Positions 10,907 through 26,600 of a stretch of 64,000 nt of DNA are shown in pieces. The stretch covers positions 4,416,001-4,480,000 of the forward strand of contig CM000154.2 of the NCBI GenBank assembly GCA_000004695.1, in the 5' to 3' direction. A program made the translations under genes and the position numbers. This DNA is from Dictyostelium discoideum (taxonomy: Eukaryota). Position 1 is the stretch's first letter. Each line of letters begins with the position of its first letter. The notes under the pieces are model-generated. The model saw only the letters and a list, made by a program, of their open reading frames with translations, was not told where the DNA came from and made no database searches.

Positions 10907-13500
10907 TTACATTTTATCCCAAGACCAAACTTTAAGATTACTAGCTAATGAACCAGTAAATAATTGATTTTGATTTCTCCAAAGACAAAGAATTGAAGAT
11001 CTTGTATTGAGAGAAGCTAAATTTTCGTATTTATCATGACTGAAAACTTGTAACCAATCACCGCTACCTGCAAAGATACCTTGATTAGTGACGTGAAGAG
11101 TTTCAACACGATCCTTACATTTGATGGTATTGACGCAACGTGTAGTTTTAAGATCCCAAATTCTAATAGTTTCATCATGAGAACCACTGTAGAGCATATT
11201 GTTATGAGCGTAAAGTGTTTTGACCCAACCTTCATGACCTTGGAAATTGGTGAGAATAGTACCAGTAGCTAAATTCCAAACGTAAATTTGTTGATCATTT
11301 GAGCCAGAGAATAAGAGATTACCCATTGCGCAAACCGATTTAATGGCACGAGTATGACCTGATAAAGTTTTAACGCATTCATATGATCTCATATCCCAAA
11401 CTTTAACGGTTTTATCGTTGCAACCAGTGTACAATAGATTGTCTTGAATGAAAATGGTATTGACTTCGTTGGATTCTTTGATCTCTTTGATGGTTTGTTG
11501 AGTGTTGATATCCCATTCCTTAACCAAAGAGTCTGCACCTGCTGTCAAAATATTTTGATCGAAACCTGGACGTTTAATGACTGCTCTAATCGATTTACCA
11601 TGTGCTTTAATGTTGGTAACATGTTTCAATTCAACAGCATCCCAAACACCGATTTGGCCATCATTTGAACCACTATATAATCTTAAACTATCACCAGTGA
11701 TACATTCTGATTGTAAACCTCTAACTGTATCGATATTCTTTATTGATGTTAAATCCCATTTTTCAAATTCTGAACGATCTGGTGTTTGTTCCATTGATGA
11801 TGTTGATGTCGATTCTGGTGTTGGAACATTCGATGATGATGTTGACGATGCTGATGCTGCTGCTGATGATGGTTGAATTGGTTGTTGTGGTGGTGGTGAA
11901 TTTCTAGAAACTTGAATTGAAATTGGTGCTGCATTTGTAGTTGATGATGATGAAGATGATGAAGATGATGATGATGATGAAGATACGCTACTACTATTAC
12001 TGTTAACACTACTACTATTGCTACTATTATTTATATTATCATTATTATTATTATTATTATTACTATTATCATTGTTACTGCTGATGCTACTATTATTATT
12101 ATTTATATTATCTTGTTCTAATTTTACATTACTATTTTCTTTTGGTGGTGATACAGGTGATTTATTTACTACATTTGATTGTGAAGGTGTTTTTACAATT
12201 TGAGGTACAGGTTTTGAAGTTGGTGAAGAAGGTGATTGCTGTTTATGTAAATTATTACCAGATGGTTGTTTAACCAATGGTGGAGAAGGTTTACTTTTTT
12301 GTTGTTGTTGAGCTCTAATTCTTTCCAATTGTTCTTGAAGCATTTTCTCTTCATCATCTAATGAGATTGGTTGTTGAGCACCACCACCATTTCTAAAGTA
12401 ATTCATATCGTAGTTATTCTTTGGACCACTACCATTACCATTCAACCCGATTGCATCATGGAAATCCATTAATTGTACGACGGGTAATGTACCTCTTAGG
12501 AGGGCTTTCTTTGATTGATTGATTGGTTTCAACTTTAAAAAGTCACAAACTGGATTACACTTGTGTGTTTGAAGGAATTTGTGGAAACCCGTCTCGCCCA
12601 AATTACCCTCGCCAAAGCCCTCGCCTGATTTCGTATGAATTTGAGGATCAGTGTAGAAATCGTTGACACCTTGGATATCAACGATCAACAATTCATGATT
12701 GGAGAGTTCGTATGAGAAATGAGAGAATGATTGTGGTGTATTTCTAGCATCACTACTAACGTAACCACTGTTGTTGTTATGTTTCTTGTAATCTCCCTCA
12801 ATGAATGGTTCACCACCACAAACTGGATAAGGTGGTGGATGATCAATCAATTCGTAAACGTATGATGGTAAGAATGTAATTGGTTTTGGTGGTTTCGCTT
12901 CATTGAATTTCTCTGCCCATTTAGCACAAAATGTTTGCATCAATACATCTGTAAAGTATGAATCTCTTGTCGTCTTTTTATTGGTTGAAAATTTACCAAC
13001 TAATCCTTGATCTGGTTGACTCCAATCCTTTAATTTATGTGCTGTTCTACAACTACCCTTTGCAAATGGAGTCTTCTCAATTGAAACACATACAATACTA
13101 TGTGTCCATTTTGGTTTTAAATCATCACCAATTGTTAATTCCCATCTTTTTTTTTTAATAATAAAAAATAATTATTAGTAAATTTAATAATAAAAATTGA
13201 AAAAAAATTGAAAAAAAAAAAAATTAAAAAAAATTAAAACCATACTTTATTGCTCTTTCACATTTTGTACCTGCAATAACATCGGCAACTGGGAATTTTT
13301 GATTTAATAATGCCAAAGCTGTCATTTGAAAAATAAATAAATAATAATAATAAAATTTTAGTTTTATTAGTAATTTGTTCAACTTTTTTTAAAAAAAAAA
13401 AAAAATAGGTTTCTATGTAGTATAAAAAATATAAAATAAAATAATATTTATTTAAAATTGATAATTTACCTGCTGCTGCTCCTGTTTTTTTTTCTTCCAT
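10907..13500 (-). CDS. mhkC: Alpha-kinase + WD40-repeat protein (myosin heavy chain kinase B/C family), 3 exons, 780 aa
   Basis: Exons are 13470-13500 (MEEKKTGAAAG, donor GTAAAT), 13246-13318 (ALALLNQKFPVADVIAGTKCERAI, donor GTATGG) and 10907-13145. Exon 3 begins WELTIGDDLKPKWTHSIVCVSIEK and continues through the alpha-kinase C-lobe (GGEPFIEGDYKKH...LLIVDIQGV...YTDPQIH...FGEGNLG). After an S/N/Q/P-rich linker come seven WD40 repeats (GHTRAI..., WD motifs). The symbol is suggested only because the architecture and the 780-aa length match what I recall for MHCK-C. It is not verified. Confidence 0.75.
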
Positions 13501-15444
13501 CTTTTTTTTTTTTTTTTTATATTTTATATTTTATTTGATTATCTATATGTATTTTATTTTATTTTATTTTTTTTGTTTTTTTATTTTTTTATATATATTT
13601 ATATATATAATATATTATATGTTATTATTTTATATCTATAATAGTAAGAGTAAGAATGTTAGTGGTTTGGATCTCTATAGTATTTAATTTTATTCATATA
13701 ATATATCTAAAGCATAAGTGTTGTTTGTGAGTGTGTGTGTGTGGGTATTTATAATTATATTATTTTTATTTTAATTATTTTAAAAATTTTGCGCACAATG
13801 GGGGTGGTAATTGTATTGTTTTACTTTTTATTTTTATTTTTTTATTTTTTTAATTATTTGTAGATCTTTAATCGATTAAAAGATAAACAAAGAGGGTGTT
13901 TGGTGGAAAAAAAAAAAAAAAAAAAGTTTTATTCTATTTTTTTTTTTTTTTTTTTTTTTCTATTCTCTTTTTTTTTTTTAATAATACAATAATTTATGTT
14001 TTTTTTCTTTATAATTTTTTTTTTAAAAAAAAATTGTTTAAATAATAATACAATAATTAATGATAATAAAACAAAGTATAGTTTTTAATGAACTAAATTT
14101 TATTATTATTATTTTTTGAGGAGTGTGGGGTGTTTGATTATTTTTGTTAAAAAAAAAAAAAAAAAAAAAAATTTTAAAAAATTGATTTTTTTTAACACAA
14201 AAAAAAAAAAAAAAAAAAAAAGAAAAATAAAAATAAAAATAAAAAAAAAATAAAAATATCAAAAAACTTTTTTTTTAAAAACACATTGAGGGTTTTATGT
14301 GATGGAGAGAAACAACAATGTGTGTGTTGTCAATTTATTTATTATAAATTATTTTTGATGGGTAATGATTACAATAATGAGTGGTATCCTAAAAATATCA
14401 TCATTTTATTTTTATTTTGTTTTTGTTTTTATTTTATTAAAAAAAAAAAATAATTAAAATAATAATTAAAAATAAAATAATAATTAAAATAATAAAAATA
14501 AAAAAAAATTTTTATTTCACTTATTTTATGTTATTTATGTTATTTTATGATATATTATATTTCTATAGGTTATTTTATTTATTTCCAAAAAAAAATTTTA
14601 AATGTGGGGATAAAATAAAAAATTGAATAAAAAAAAAAATTAAGTGAATAAAATTTGTGAAATTCTTTGATAATATATATTTTATAATAATAATAATTAA
14701 TAATTATTATTATTATTTTTAATTTTTTTTATAAACCATAAAAGAATGATTTTTTATTTTACTCTTATTTTATTATTTTTGTCCAATTATTTATTTATTT
14801 ATTTATTTATTTTTTATTTATTTATTTGAAAACCTACAAAAGAAAAAAAAAAAAAAAAAAAAGAAAATGCGATTATCTCTTTTATAAATAACCTAATAAT
14901 AATGAGATATACATATGATATGATTTTTTTTTTTTTTTTTCTTTATTTTTTTTTTTTTTTTTTTTTTCTTTTTTTTTTTATTTTTATTTTTTTTTTTTTT
15001 ATTTTCATTTTATTTGAAAACGGAGGCCAAATATAACTTTTTTTTTTTTTTTTTTTTGAATTTTTTAATTTTTAATTTTTTAAAAAACTTTTTATCGTTG
15101 TTTCCATTACCAAAAAAAAAAAAAAAAAAATAATAATAATTCAAAGATTGATTAAATAAATAAACATTTTGTTCAGTTTAAATTATTTGTGAAAGTAAAA
15201 AAAAAAAAAAAAAATAAAAAAAAAAAAAAAAAAAGATCTTTTCATTTTCAAAAAATTAAATGTGGGTGTTTTAATTTATCACAAATATTATTTTTTTATT
15301 TTTATTTTTTTATTTTTTTTATTTTTTTTTTTACTTTCACATTATGTTATGTTAAAACATAACCTTATTGGATACATATATACATGTAATATCATTTTTG
15401 TAGGATGTCAAAAAGGACAAATATTTACAGATATGACTGTACAT

Positions 15445-15490
<46 letters not shown>

Positions 15491-15512
15491 TTTTTTTTTT
15501 TTTTTTTTGGGT

Positions 15513-15559
<47 letters not shown>

Positions 15560-15660
15560 CACATATCGTCTTATTTAAAATTACACGCAATACCTTTTTT
15601 TTTTTTTATTTTTATTTTATTTTTTTTTATATAAAAATTTATTTAGAATTTTAAATACAA

Positions 15661-15822
15661 ATGGCAAGAACAGTTACAAAGGAAGAAGTTGCTAAACATA
15701 ATACTCGTGATGATTGTTGGTTAATCATCCACGGAAAAGTAAGAATCTATTTTTAGCAAAAAAAAAAAAAAAATAAAAATAAAAAAAAAAACGAATTGGG
15801 GTTTTCAAAATTTTTTAAACAA

Positions 15823-15887
<65 letters not shown>

Positions 15888-15946
15888 TAACTATTTAAAA
15901 TTTTATTAATATTATAATAATAATAATTATTTATTTATTTATTTGT

Positions 15947-16003
<57 letters not shown>

Positions 16004-16254
16004 ATTTTGTTTAAAAAAAAAAAAAAAAAAATTTTAAATGTAAATGGAATTAATAGGTTTATGATTGTAGTAAATTCCATTCACTTCACCCAGGTGAAGG
16101 TATTAATGATCAATATATCGCAGATCATGCAGGTAAAGATTGTACAGATTTATTTGAAAAATTCCATAATAATGACGAACCATTTGAAATGTTAGAAAAT
16201 GCACAAGATGGCAAACAAGAAGGTATAATTTATATTGGCGAATTAGAAGAATAA
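15661..16254 (+). CDS. Cytochrome b5-like heme-binding protein, 2 exons, 91 aa
   Basis: Exon 1 is 15661-15738 (MARTVTKEEVAKHNTRDDCWLIIHGK, donor GTAAGA). Exon 2 is 16057-16254, entered via acceptor ...ttaatag, and begins VYDCSKFHSLHPGEGINDQY...FEKFHNNDEPFEMLE. It carries the HPGG-type cyt b5 fold motif (HGKVYD.SKF...HPG). There is no C-terminal membrane anchor. Confidence 0.75.
15928..16001. repeat. (ATTT)n microsatellite inside the cytochrome b5 intron
   Basis: Direct read. Confidence 0.85.
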
Positions 16255-16333
16255 ACAATAAAAAAAAAATTATAAAATTGAAATTATATATATAAAAAAA
16301 AAAAAAAAAAAAAAAAAAAGTTTATTTATTTAT

Positions 16334-17549
16334 TTATTTATTAAATTTTTCAAAAAGAATTTTATCAACTTGTTTATAAAGTGGATTTTTCTCTAAAAGA
16401 TCTTCATATTCAGTACCTTTAATATATGTTGAATGTTGATCTAATAATACCAATTCTCTACAACCAAAAGTACGACCTTGAGCAATGAAACCTTCAAAAG
16501 GAAGAAACCAAATTTTTGGATCCGATTCCATTACAGAGACAACGATGGTTTTGGTGGGTGACAAGGGGATGAATCTCCAAGCATGGAAGAATATATCAGG
16601 ATGAGAGAATTGTTTTGGTAATGGTGGAAGTTCGTAATCGGATTGTCTATTATTTGCACCATTCACTGCAACGATTACACTACCATCTGGAAGAGTGTAA
16701 GTTAATGTCCAGCAATAGGCAGCACGATTAAATAGAATGAATCTACTTAACACCGAAATGATACTAACTAGTTTGGTTCCTTTATAATCATCCAATCTTG
16801 TTATATGTTGGTACCACTTCCATGTGTTAAAAAGTTGAAGTTCTTCCACTCTTAATAACAAGTTTTTAATTGGCTTATCGATTACTTTTATAAATTTTCT
16901 TGCTTTTAATTGTCTACCATTATGTTTATAGGAATAGGTCACACTTTTATCATCACCAGACAACTCTTTTTCATTAACCCATGCATCTTCACTAAAGAAT
17001 GCATTCATTAAATCTTTTAATTGAATTGATTCTTTCATTAATACTAATATTTCTTTATTTTCATTTATATAATCATTAATTGTTATATAATATAAATCTA
17101 AAAAAAAAAAAAAAAAAAAATTAATTAATAATTAAATATTTATATAAATAAATTAATATAAATAAAATATATGTATTTTTTTTTTAAAAAAAATAATCAC
17201 AATTCTTTTTATAATTACTTTTATTTGATTTTAATTTTTCAATAGTTGTTAAAATTTTAAGAAATTGAACTAATGCTTCATAATGATTTCCAGATAATTT
17301 CAATAAAAGACAATTATCAATTTGACTTTTAAATTTTGATGGATCTGGTATTTCTTTAATTTCTTCTAAAAACATTTCCCAACTATATCCATTATTTAAT
17401 TTACTCCATCTATTTAAAACATTTGTTGGAAATTCAATTGAACCACATGAATTGTTATTATTACTATTAATTTTATTTTTTAAAAATGCATAAGCAGCTC
17501 CTGCACCAATTAAAGATGCAGTAATAGTAGATAAATTTAAATATTCCAT
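16334..17549 (-). CDS. Hypothetical N-terminally membrane-anchored protein, 2 exons (about 345 aa). The C-terminal ~230 aa may be a lipid-binding START/SRPBCC-like fold, but this is weak
   Basis: Exon 1 is 17219-17549 (MEYLNLSTITASLIGAGAAYAFL... TM segment ...ILTTIEKLKSNK, donor GTAATT at 17218). Exon 2 starts at about 17043 and runs to the stop at 16334. Three in-phase acceptors exist at 17045, 17054 and 17099; I prefer 17045 or 17054 because the 17039-17097 stretch has intron-like composition. Domain assignment is tentative. Confidence 0.55.
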
Positions 17550-17550
17550 A

Positions 17551-17552
<2 letters not shown>

Positions 17553-17616
<64 letters not shown>

Positions 17617-17620
17617 TTAA
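17553..17620. repeat. (ATT)n microsatellite just upstream (5') of the preceding gene
   Basis: Direct read. Confidence 0.85.
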
Positions 17621-18267
17621 TTATTGAATTGATTAATTTAAAAAATAAAAAAATTTAATATTATATAAAAAAATTATTGAATAGAAAAAAAAAAAAAAAA
17701 ATTTAAAATATAAAATTTAATATTCAAATAAAAAAATTTAAATAAAATATTTAAAAAAGGTAATTTCATTTTATTTTATACATTATTTAATTGTTTTTTT
17801 TTTAAATTATTATTTTTTATATTAAAATGAATCGTCAAATATAATTCTATCAATTCCATTTTTGTTTATTCATGGTAATTTAAAATTACCACATGCATTA
17901 TTATTTTGAAAAATTATCTGTTATGGTTCTATCAAAGAATTGTATGAAACCCCTTTTTTATTTTTTATTATGGATTATTAATATTCTTTTTTAAAATATT
18001 AAATGTTTCACTGTATTTGGTATAAATAATAAAAGACCACTTTTAAAGATAATTATGTATTTTATTTCATTTTTTATTCTAAATTCATTCAAAAACTATA
18101 AGGATATGATATTGAAATTTTAATTTTTTTTTCTATTGTAATATATAAAACCTTCTCAAATTGTTATTTAAGATTTAGCCAATGCAACTGTCTTATTTTT
18201 AAAGATTAAAAAAAAAATAAAAAAAAAAAAATCAATTTTTAAATTATTTAATTAATTTCATAATCCC

Positions 18268-18299
<32 letters not shown>

Positions 18300-18528
18300 A
18301 ACAAAACTCGATATTTGTTTTTTTTTTTTTTTTTATTTTAAATTTAAATTATAATTGTAATTTTATAATATTATTATATTTTTAAAATAGTACTATTTAA
18401 ATTGGTAAGCTGTTTTTAATATTAAATATCCATGTCAAACAAATTTGTTTTTTCATTAAATTTTTTTTATTTTTTTTTTTTTTAATTTATTTATTTTTTT
18501 ATGCTTCAGTAAACAAAATACCAAACAC

Positions 18529-18572
<44 letters not shown>

Positions 18573-18906
18573 AAAAAAAAATAAAATTTAATCACCACAT
18601 GCAATTAAATGACATTTTTTGTTTAATTTAATAAATAAAAATTTTTGACCCCTTCCTTTCCAAAAACATATCTAATTAAAAAAAATATTTTAAATATTTT
18701 AAATAAAAATAAAAAGGATAAAAAATAATTCCTAAAATCAAATAATTACACTATAATTTTTAATTTTTTTTTATTTCCACTTTAAAAAAAAAAAAAAAAA
18801 AAAAAAAATTTTTTTTATTAAATTGGAAATTATTTTTATAAAAATGGAAAAATAAAGGGGGAGGTTAATTTACATTTTTTTAAAAAAGGGGTTTTTTTTT
18901 TTTAAA

Positions 18907-18986
18907 NNNNNNNNNNNNNNNNNNNNNNNNNNNNNNNNNNNNNNNNNNNNNNNNNNNNNNNNNNNNNNNNNNNNNNNNNNNNNNNN
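18907..18986. other. Assembly gap (run of N)
   Basis: 80 n characters. The flanking 18841-18906 is low-quality-looking sequence (gggggagg, ggggtttttt). Confidence 0.95.
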
Positions 18987-19269
18987 NNNNNNNNNNNNNN
19001 NNNNNNTTCTTTTTATTTTTTTTAATTTTTTTAATTTTTTTTTTTTATTTTAATTTTTTTTTTTTTTTTAGAAATCTGGTGATTTCTTGTGATGAAAAAA
19101 AAATCAAAAATAGTTGCAAGATATTTTTTATTTTTTTATTTTTTATTTTTTATTTTTTTTTTTTTTTTTTTTTTTTTCACAAATTTAATTTTAAATTACA
19201 ATCTTATTATATTTGTTTTTTTTGGTTTATTTATTGCTTTATTTATTTCTATATTCTTTTATTTAAACC

Positions 19270-21847
<2,578 letters not shown>

Positions 21848-22039
21848 TAAAAAATATATAATAATTTTATTGCAATCCTATATGCATTCTTATCAAAGAT
21901 TTAAAAATTAAAATTAAAATTAATCAATAAAATACACATACTATTGTTTTTGGTTCAACTGAAATATACATTATCTCATTTTTTTAAATTTTTTTTTTAT
22001 TTTTACTTAGATTAATCTTTTTTTTTTTATTATCTTTAA

Positions 22040-23610
22040 TTAGTTATTGTTATTATTAATATTTTTTAAAATGATTGATTCATTAATTTCCCAATCTTGA
22101 TGATTATAAGAACCAATTGAAGTTAATAATTCTTTTGTGCTATTTGACATTTTGAATAAACTATTGATTTTAAAATTTGATACCATTAAATTTTGATTAT
22201 CGTGAATGTGGAATGTTGAATATCTTTTGGAAGACATTCCATTTGATTTTGAAACTAATTCAATCCATTCTTGGTAATCAATCTCTTTGCAATTGTAATT
22301 ATTTTCTAAAAATTTATAAATTGATTTCATTTCAATTGAATTACCATTTAAACTGTAAATTGAAATTGGTTTTGATTTATTTTGATTCCAACTGTTTTCA
22401 TTGAATATTAAATCGATTGTGGTTTTAGCTATAGTTGTAACTGGAGTTGTGAAAATTGATTTATAAATATTTGGATAATAACCAATCTCTTTTGAAGTTT
22501 TTAATAAAAGTGATACGAAATCATTTGAATGACCTATACCTGTTATTGGATTTGAGAATATATCTGTATTTATTATAATAATAATAATAATAATAATAAT
22601 AAAATGTTTATTTTATTAGAATCTATAAATTAAATATTAAAGGTTTATCATATATGATCTATATTTATTAATTACATACCAGGTGGTCTAATAATGATTG
22701 ATGGTATACCTCTTGATTCTGCTGCGTTTGTTAATAATTTCTCTGAAATAACTTTACATTGAATATATCCAATTGGTGTAGTATCAAAATTTGGTAATAT
22801 ATTTGTTTCTTCAAATTCTTCTCCATCTTTAAAAGGATGATTAATAAATACTGCAATTGATGAAAAATGAACTATTAACTTTTGTGAGCTATTATTTGAA
22901 ACTGATAATTTTACAATTTGATTGACGCTGTTAACATTTACAGTTTTACTTTCTTCGTAGTTTGATTTTAAATTTAAATCTGCTGCTGAATTTATAATAA
23001 TATCACATTCATTTGATAGTTTTAAATAATCTTGTTCAGTTAAACCAAATTTATCTTTTGAGATATCACCAATCATTGGAATGATTTTAATTAATTGATC
23101 TTCACTTATTTGTTTATAATATTCACTATTTTCAATATTACTTAATTTATCATTTGATATATTACCTGTATGATTGATTATTTTTGTTAATCTTTGATTT
23201 GGTGATTCTTTGTTCATATTTATTAATTGATGTTTCTTTAAATTATTAATAATTACATCGATTGGATTTGTTAATTTTGAATTATTTCTTATTAAACAAT
23301 AAATTTTTGATATATTGTTCATTTTAATTAATTCTGTTAATAAATATGCACCCAAGAATCCTGTTGAACCTGTTAAGAATATTGATTTACTATTATTACT
23401 TTTATTTAATATATTTTTAATTGAATATGGTCTTGAAATGATTGATTCATTTAATTTCATTTCATTTTTAATAAATTCATCAAGTGATTGTTGTTCTTTT
23501 TTAACCAAATTATTATTATTATTGTTATTTTTATTATTATTAATATTATTATTAATATTATTATTATTTTTATTATTATTATTATTATTATTCTTATTAT
23601 TATTATTAAT

Positions 23611-23641
<31 letters not shown>

Positions 23642-26600
23642 TTATTATGAGCAGATAAAATAATTTCAATTGATTGATTGATTTTATTATTTTGTAATTG
23701 TTGAATTGTGATAATATTATGACCTAATTGATTATCGATAAAATTCTTTAATTGTACAATCACTAAACTATCCATACCATATTGTGTGAGTTGAAGGTCT
23801 TCATTGATTTTAGATTCATCAATTGATAATAATTCACAAATCTTATTTAAAATTGTCGAACGAATAATTTCATTATTATTATCACCATCATTACTACCAG
23901 TGAAAGATTTGATTTGATTTGATTTTTTAACAATATTAATTTCAAAATCAAATTTTGAATGGTATTGATTTGTTAAAGTTGATGGTAAAATTTCAAAATT
24001 GAAATCTGATAAACAATAGTTTGGATATTGATGTTGATTTTGAATGAATAAATCTAATGAACTAATAACGAGTTGAGGTGAGAATAGTTTTAAAATTGAA
24101 CTCTTGAACATTGTTTCAATTGCATTATTACGTGATACGAAACCAGTTGATGATATCGCACCTAAATTAATGGCTAAAGATGGTAATCCAATTGAATGTC
24201 TATACTTTGATAATGAATCGATAACACTACATGCACTAACATAACAACATTGTTGATCTGATCCCAATATTGAGACTACTGATGATGCCATTATAAATTG
24301 TTTGATATTCCATGAACGATTAATCGATTGATTGTGAAGATTGATTGCTCCAATTGTTTTAGCACCATGTGTATTATTTAAACGATTCATATCGACTTGT
24401 TGGACATCACCAATATCATTCATAAATGCAAAATGAATGATTGAATCAATATTTGTAATATTTTCATTTAATTCTAATTGATTTAATACTTGATTAACTT
24501 TATTTGAATCTTCAATATCGATTTGATTGAAATGGAATTTAATATTATTATCTTTTTTAAATTTGCTTTGATTGATTAATAATTCTAATTCCCATTTTAA
24601 TTTTGATTTTGAAAGTATTATTATATTTTCAATTGAATCATTTGAATATTTAACCAAATATTTTAATATTTCTAAAACAATACCAGTTTGACCAGTGAGT
24701 AAAATATTCTTACCAATATTTAATTTTGAAATATCATACGAATGTTTCAATATGATTTGATTGTTATTACTTTGATAATTATTATAAACTCTATTAAATT
24801 CATCTTGATTGTGATTAACAATGATTTTACCAATATGTTTTCTTTGATTTATATATTCAATTGCATCTTTAAATTGATTATTTGAATATTCAATGATTGG
24901 TACACTTAACTCTAATTTATTTGAATTAATCATTTTGATAATTTTCTTTAAATAGCTTTTGATTAATTTACTTGTGAAATCTTCTACATACACATTACCA
25001 TAGTTCATATTAAATTTGTAATGATTGTTTGTCATATAATCATTTGATGTGAGATGAATGATACTTAAATCAACGATACGTCCTGATAAATTTAAACATT
25101 GGAAATTTGAATCCATATACTCTGATGATAATGTATTTAATATTAAATCTACACCTTGTTGATGTTGTTCAACTACACCTAATTCTATTAATTTATTCTT
25201 AATTTCATAAACATAATCTTTATTACGAGATGAATAGATAGCAGTAATTAATGATCCATATTTATTTATTAAATATTCTTCTTTATCTTTTGAACCAACT
25301 GTTAAAAATATATAACCTTGATGTTGTTTACTTTTTAATAAATCTAAAGATGATATACCGACACCACCTGCTGCTGAATGAATTAAAATTGATTCATTTG
25401 ATTTTAAACTACCAATACCATAGAGACTATGTAATGATGTAATATAAACAGATGGTATTAAGGCTGAAACTGAATGACTATAATTTAATGGTTTATAATA
25501 AATGTAATCATAATCTACAATAATATGAGAACTACTTGTTTTTGAGCCGACACCACAAACTTGATCACCAACTTTAAATTTCTTTACATTACTACCTAAT
25601 CTTGTGATTATACCGCTAAAGTCTTTACCAATTTTTGGATTATTAAAACCAATACAATTTTCAATTTCTTTACCATATTTAATATCTAAATTCGTACCAA
25701 TCATACCGATATACATTAAATAATCTTTATAATTCATACCAGTTGCTTTAATTTCTATCTCTACTTCATTTGAATTTAATTTATCTTTTTTACTATATAA
25801 TTGATATTCTAAATTTGAATTTAATTGAATACATAAATTATCTTTATTGTTTTCAAATGATTTAGATTGAAGTTTTGATTTAATATTATTTGATCTTCTA
25901 CAATATCTTTCATAGTATACTCTATTATTGTTAATCGTAAATTCTTTTTGAATATTATTATTTGGATTGATTAAATAATTGATTAATGATAATTGTTGAT
26001 TATTTTCAATTGAAACATTATCATAATTTAAAGTTAATAAATCTAATTGTGGGAATTCAACGAAATAACGAGCAGCACCAACAATTGATGATGATAAATA
26101 ATTATCAGTGCTTGAATTTAATGATAATAATAAATGTTTGAAATTATTTGATAATTCTAATTTTAATATTAATTGATTAATTTGAATGTATTCAAATGTG
26201 ATCTCTTTGAAATTTGAAGTATTCATTATTGATTCAATTGATTTTAAAAATATTATTAATGTTTTATTACAATCATCTTTAGTTTGATTATTTGTGATCC
26301 ATGATTGAAATTCATTAAAATTATTAATATTAATGATTTTATGTTTTAATTCTTGATTTAATGTTATTGAATCAAGAATACTACTGCAACTATTTCTATT
26401 ATTATCACTATTATTATTATTATTATTATTATTGTTATTACTAAATAAAATAATATTATTGAAAGAATTTAATTGATCTAATGATATTGATTGTTCTGAA
26501 ATGATTTCATTAATTGTTGGTTTTCTAGTTTGAATTAAAAATAGTAAATTATCATTACCAGACATTATTGTATCTCTATAATTACATTGATTTAAAAGGT

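Noticed and set aside
10662-10948. Two overlapping F-rich plus-strand ORFs
   Set aside because: They come from the T-rich intergenic tract between the eIF2B-like gene and the alpha-kinase gene 3' ends. They have homopolymer composition.
22040-22330. 96-aa ORF (and its paralogs at 32854-33144 and 56163-56462) as an independent small gene downstream of each PKS
   Set aside because: It is preceded by a canonical acceptor (..atacag) that pairs in phase with the GTATGT donor at the end of the large PKS ORF. It continues the reductase domain and is the last PKS exon.
23315-23650. poly-Leu ORFs on the plus strand (also 34215-34451)
   Set aside because: They are reverse-strand readings of the coding (AAT)n poly-Asn tract of the PKS linker.
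25251-25442. 63-aa plus-strand ORF conserved in all four PKS units (also 36049, 45892, 59371)
   Set aside because: It is antisense to PKS coding sequence. Its conservation is only a by-product of the recent duplication, and its composition is low-complexity.
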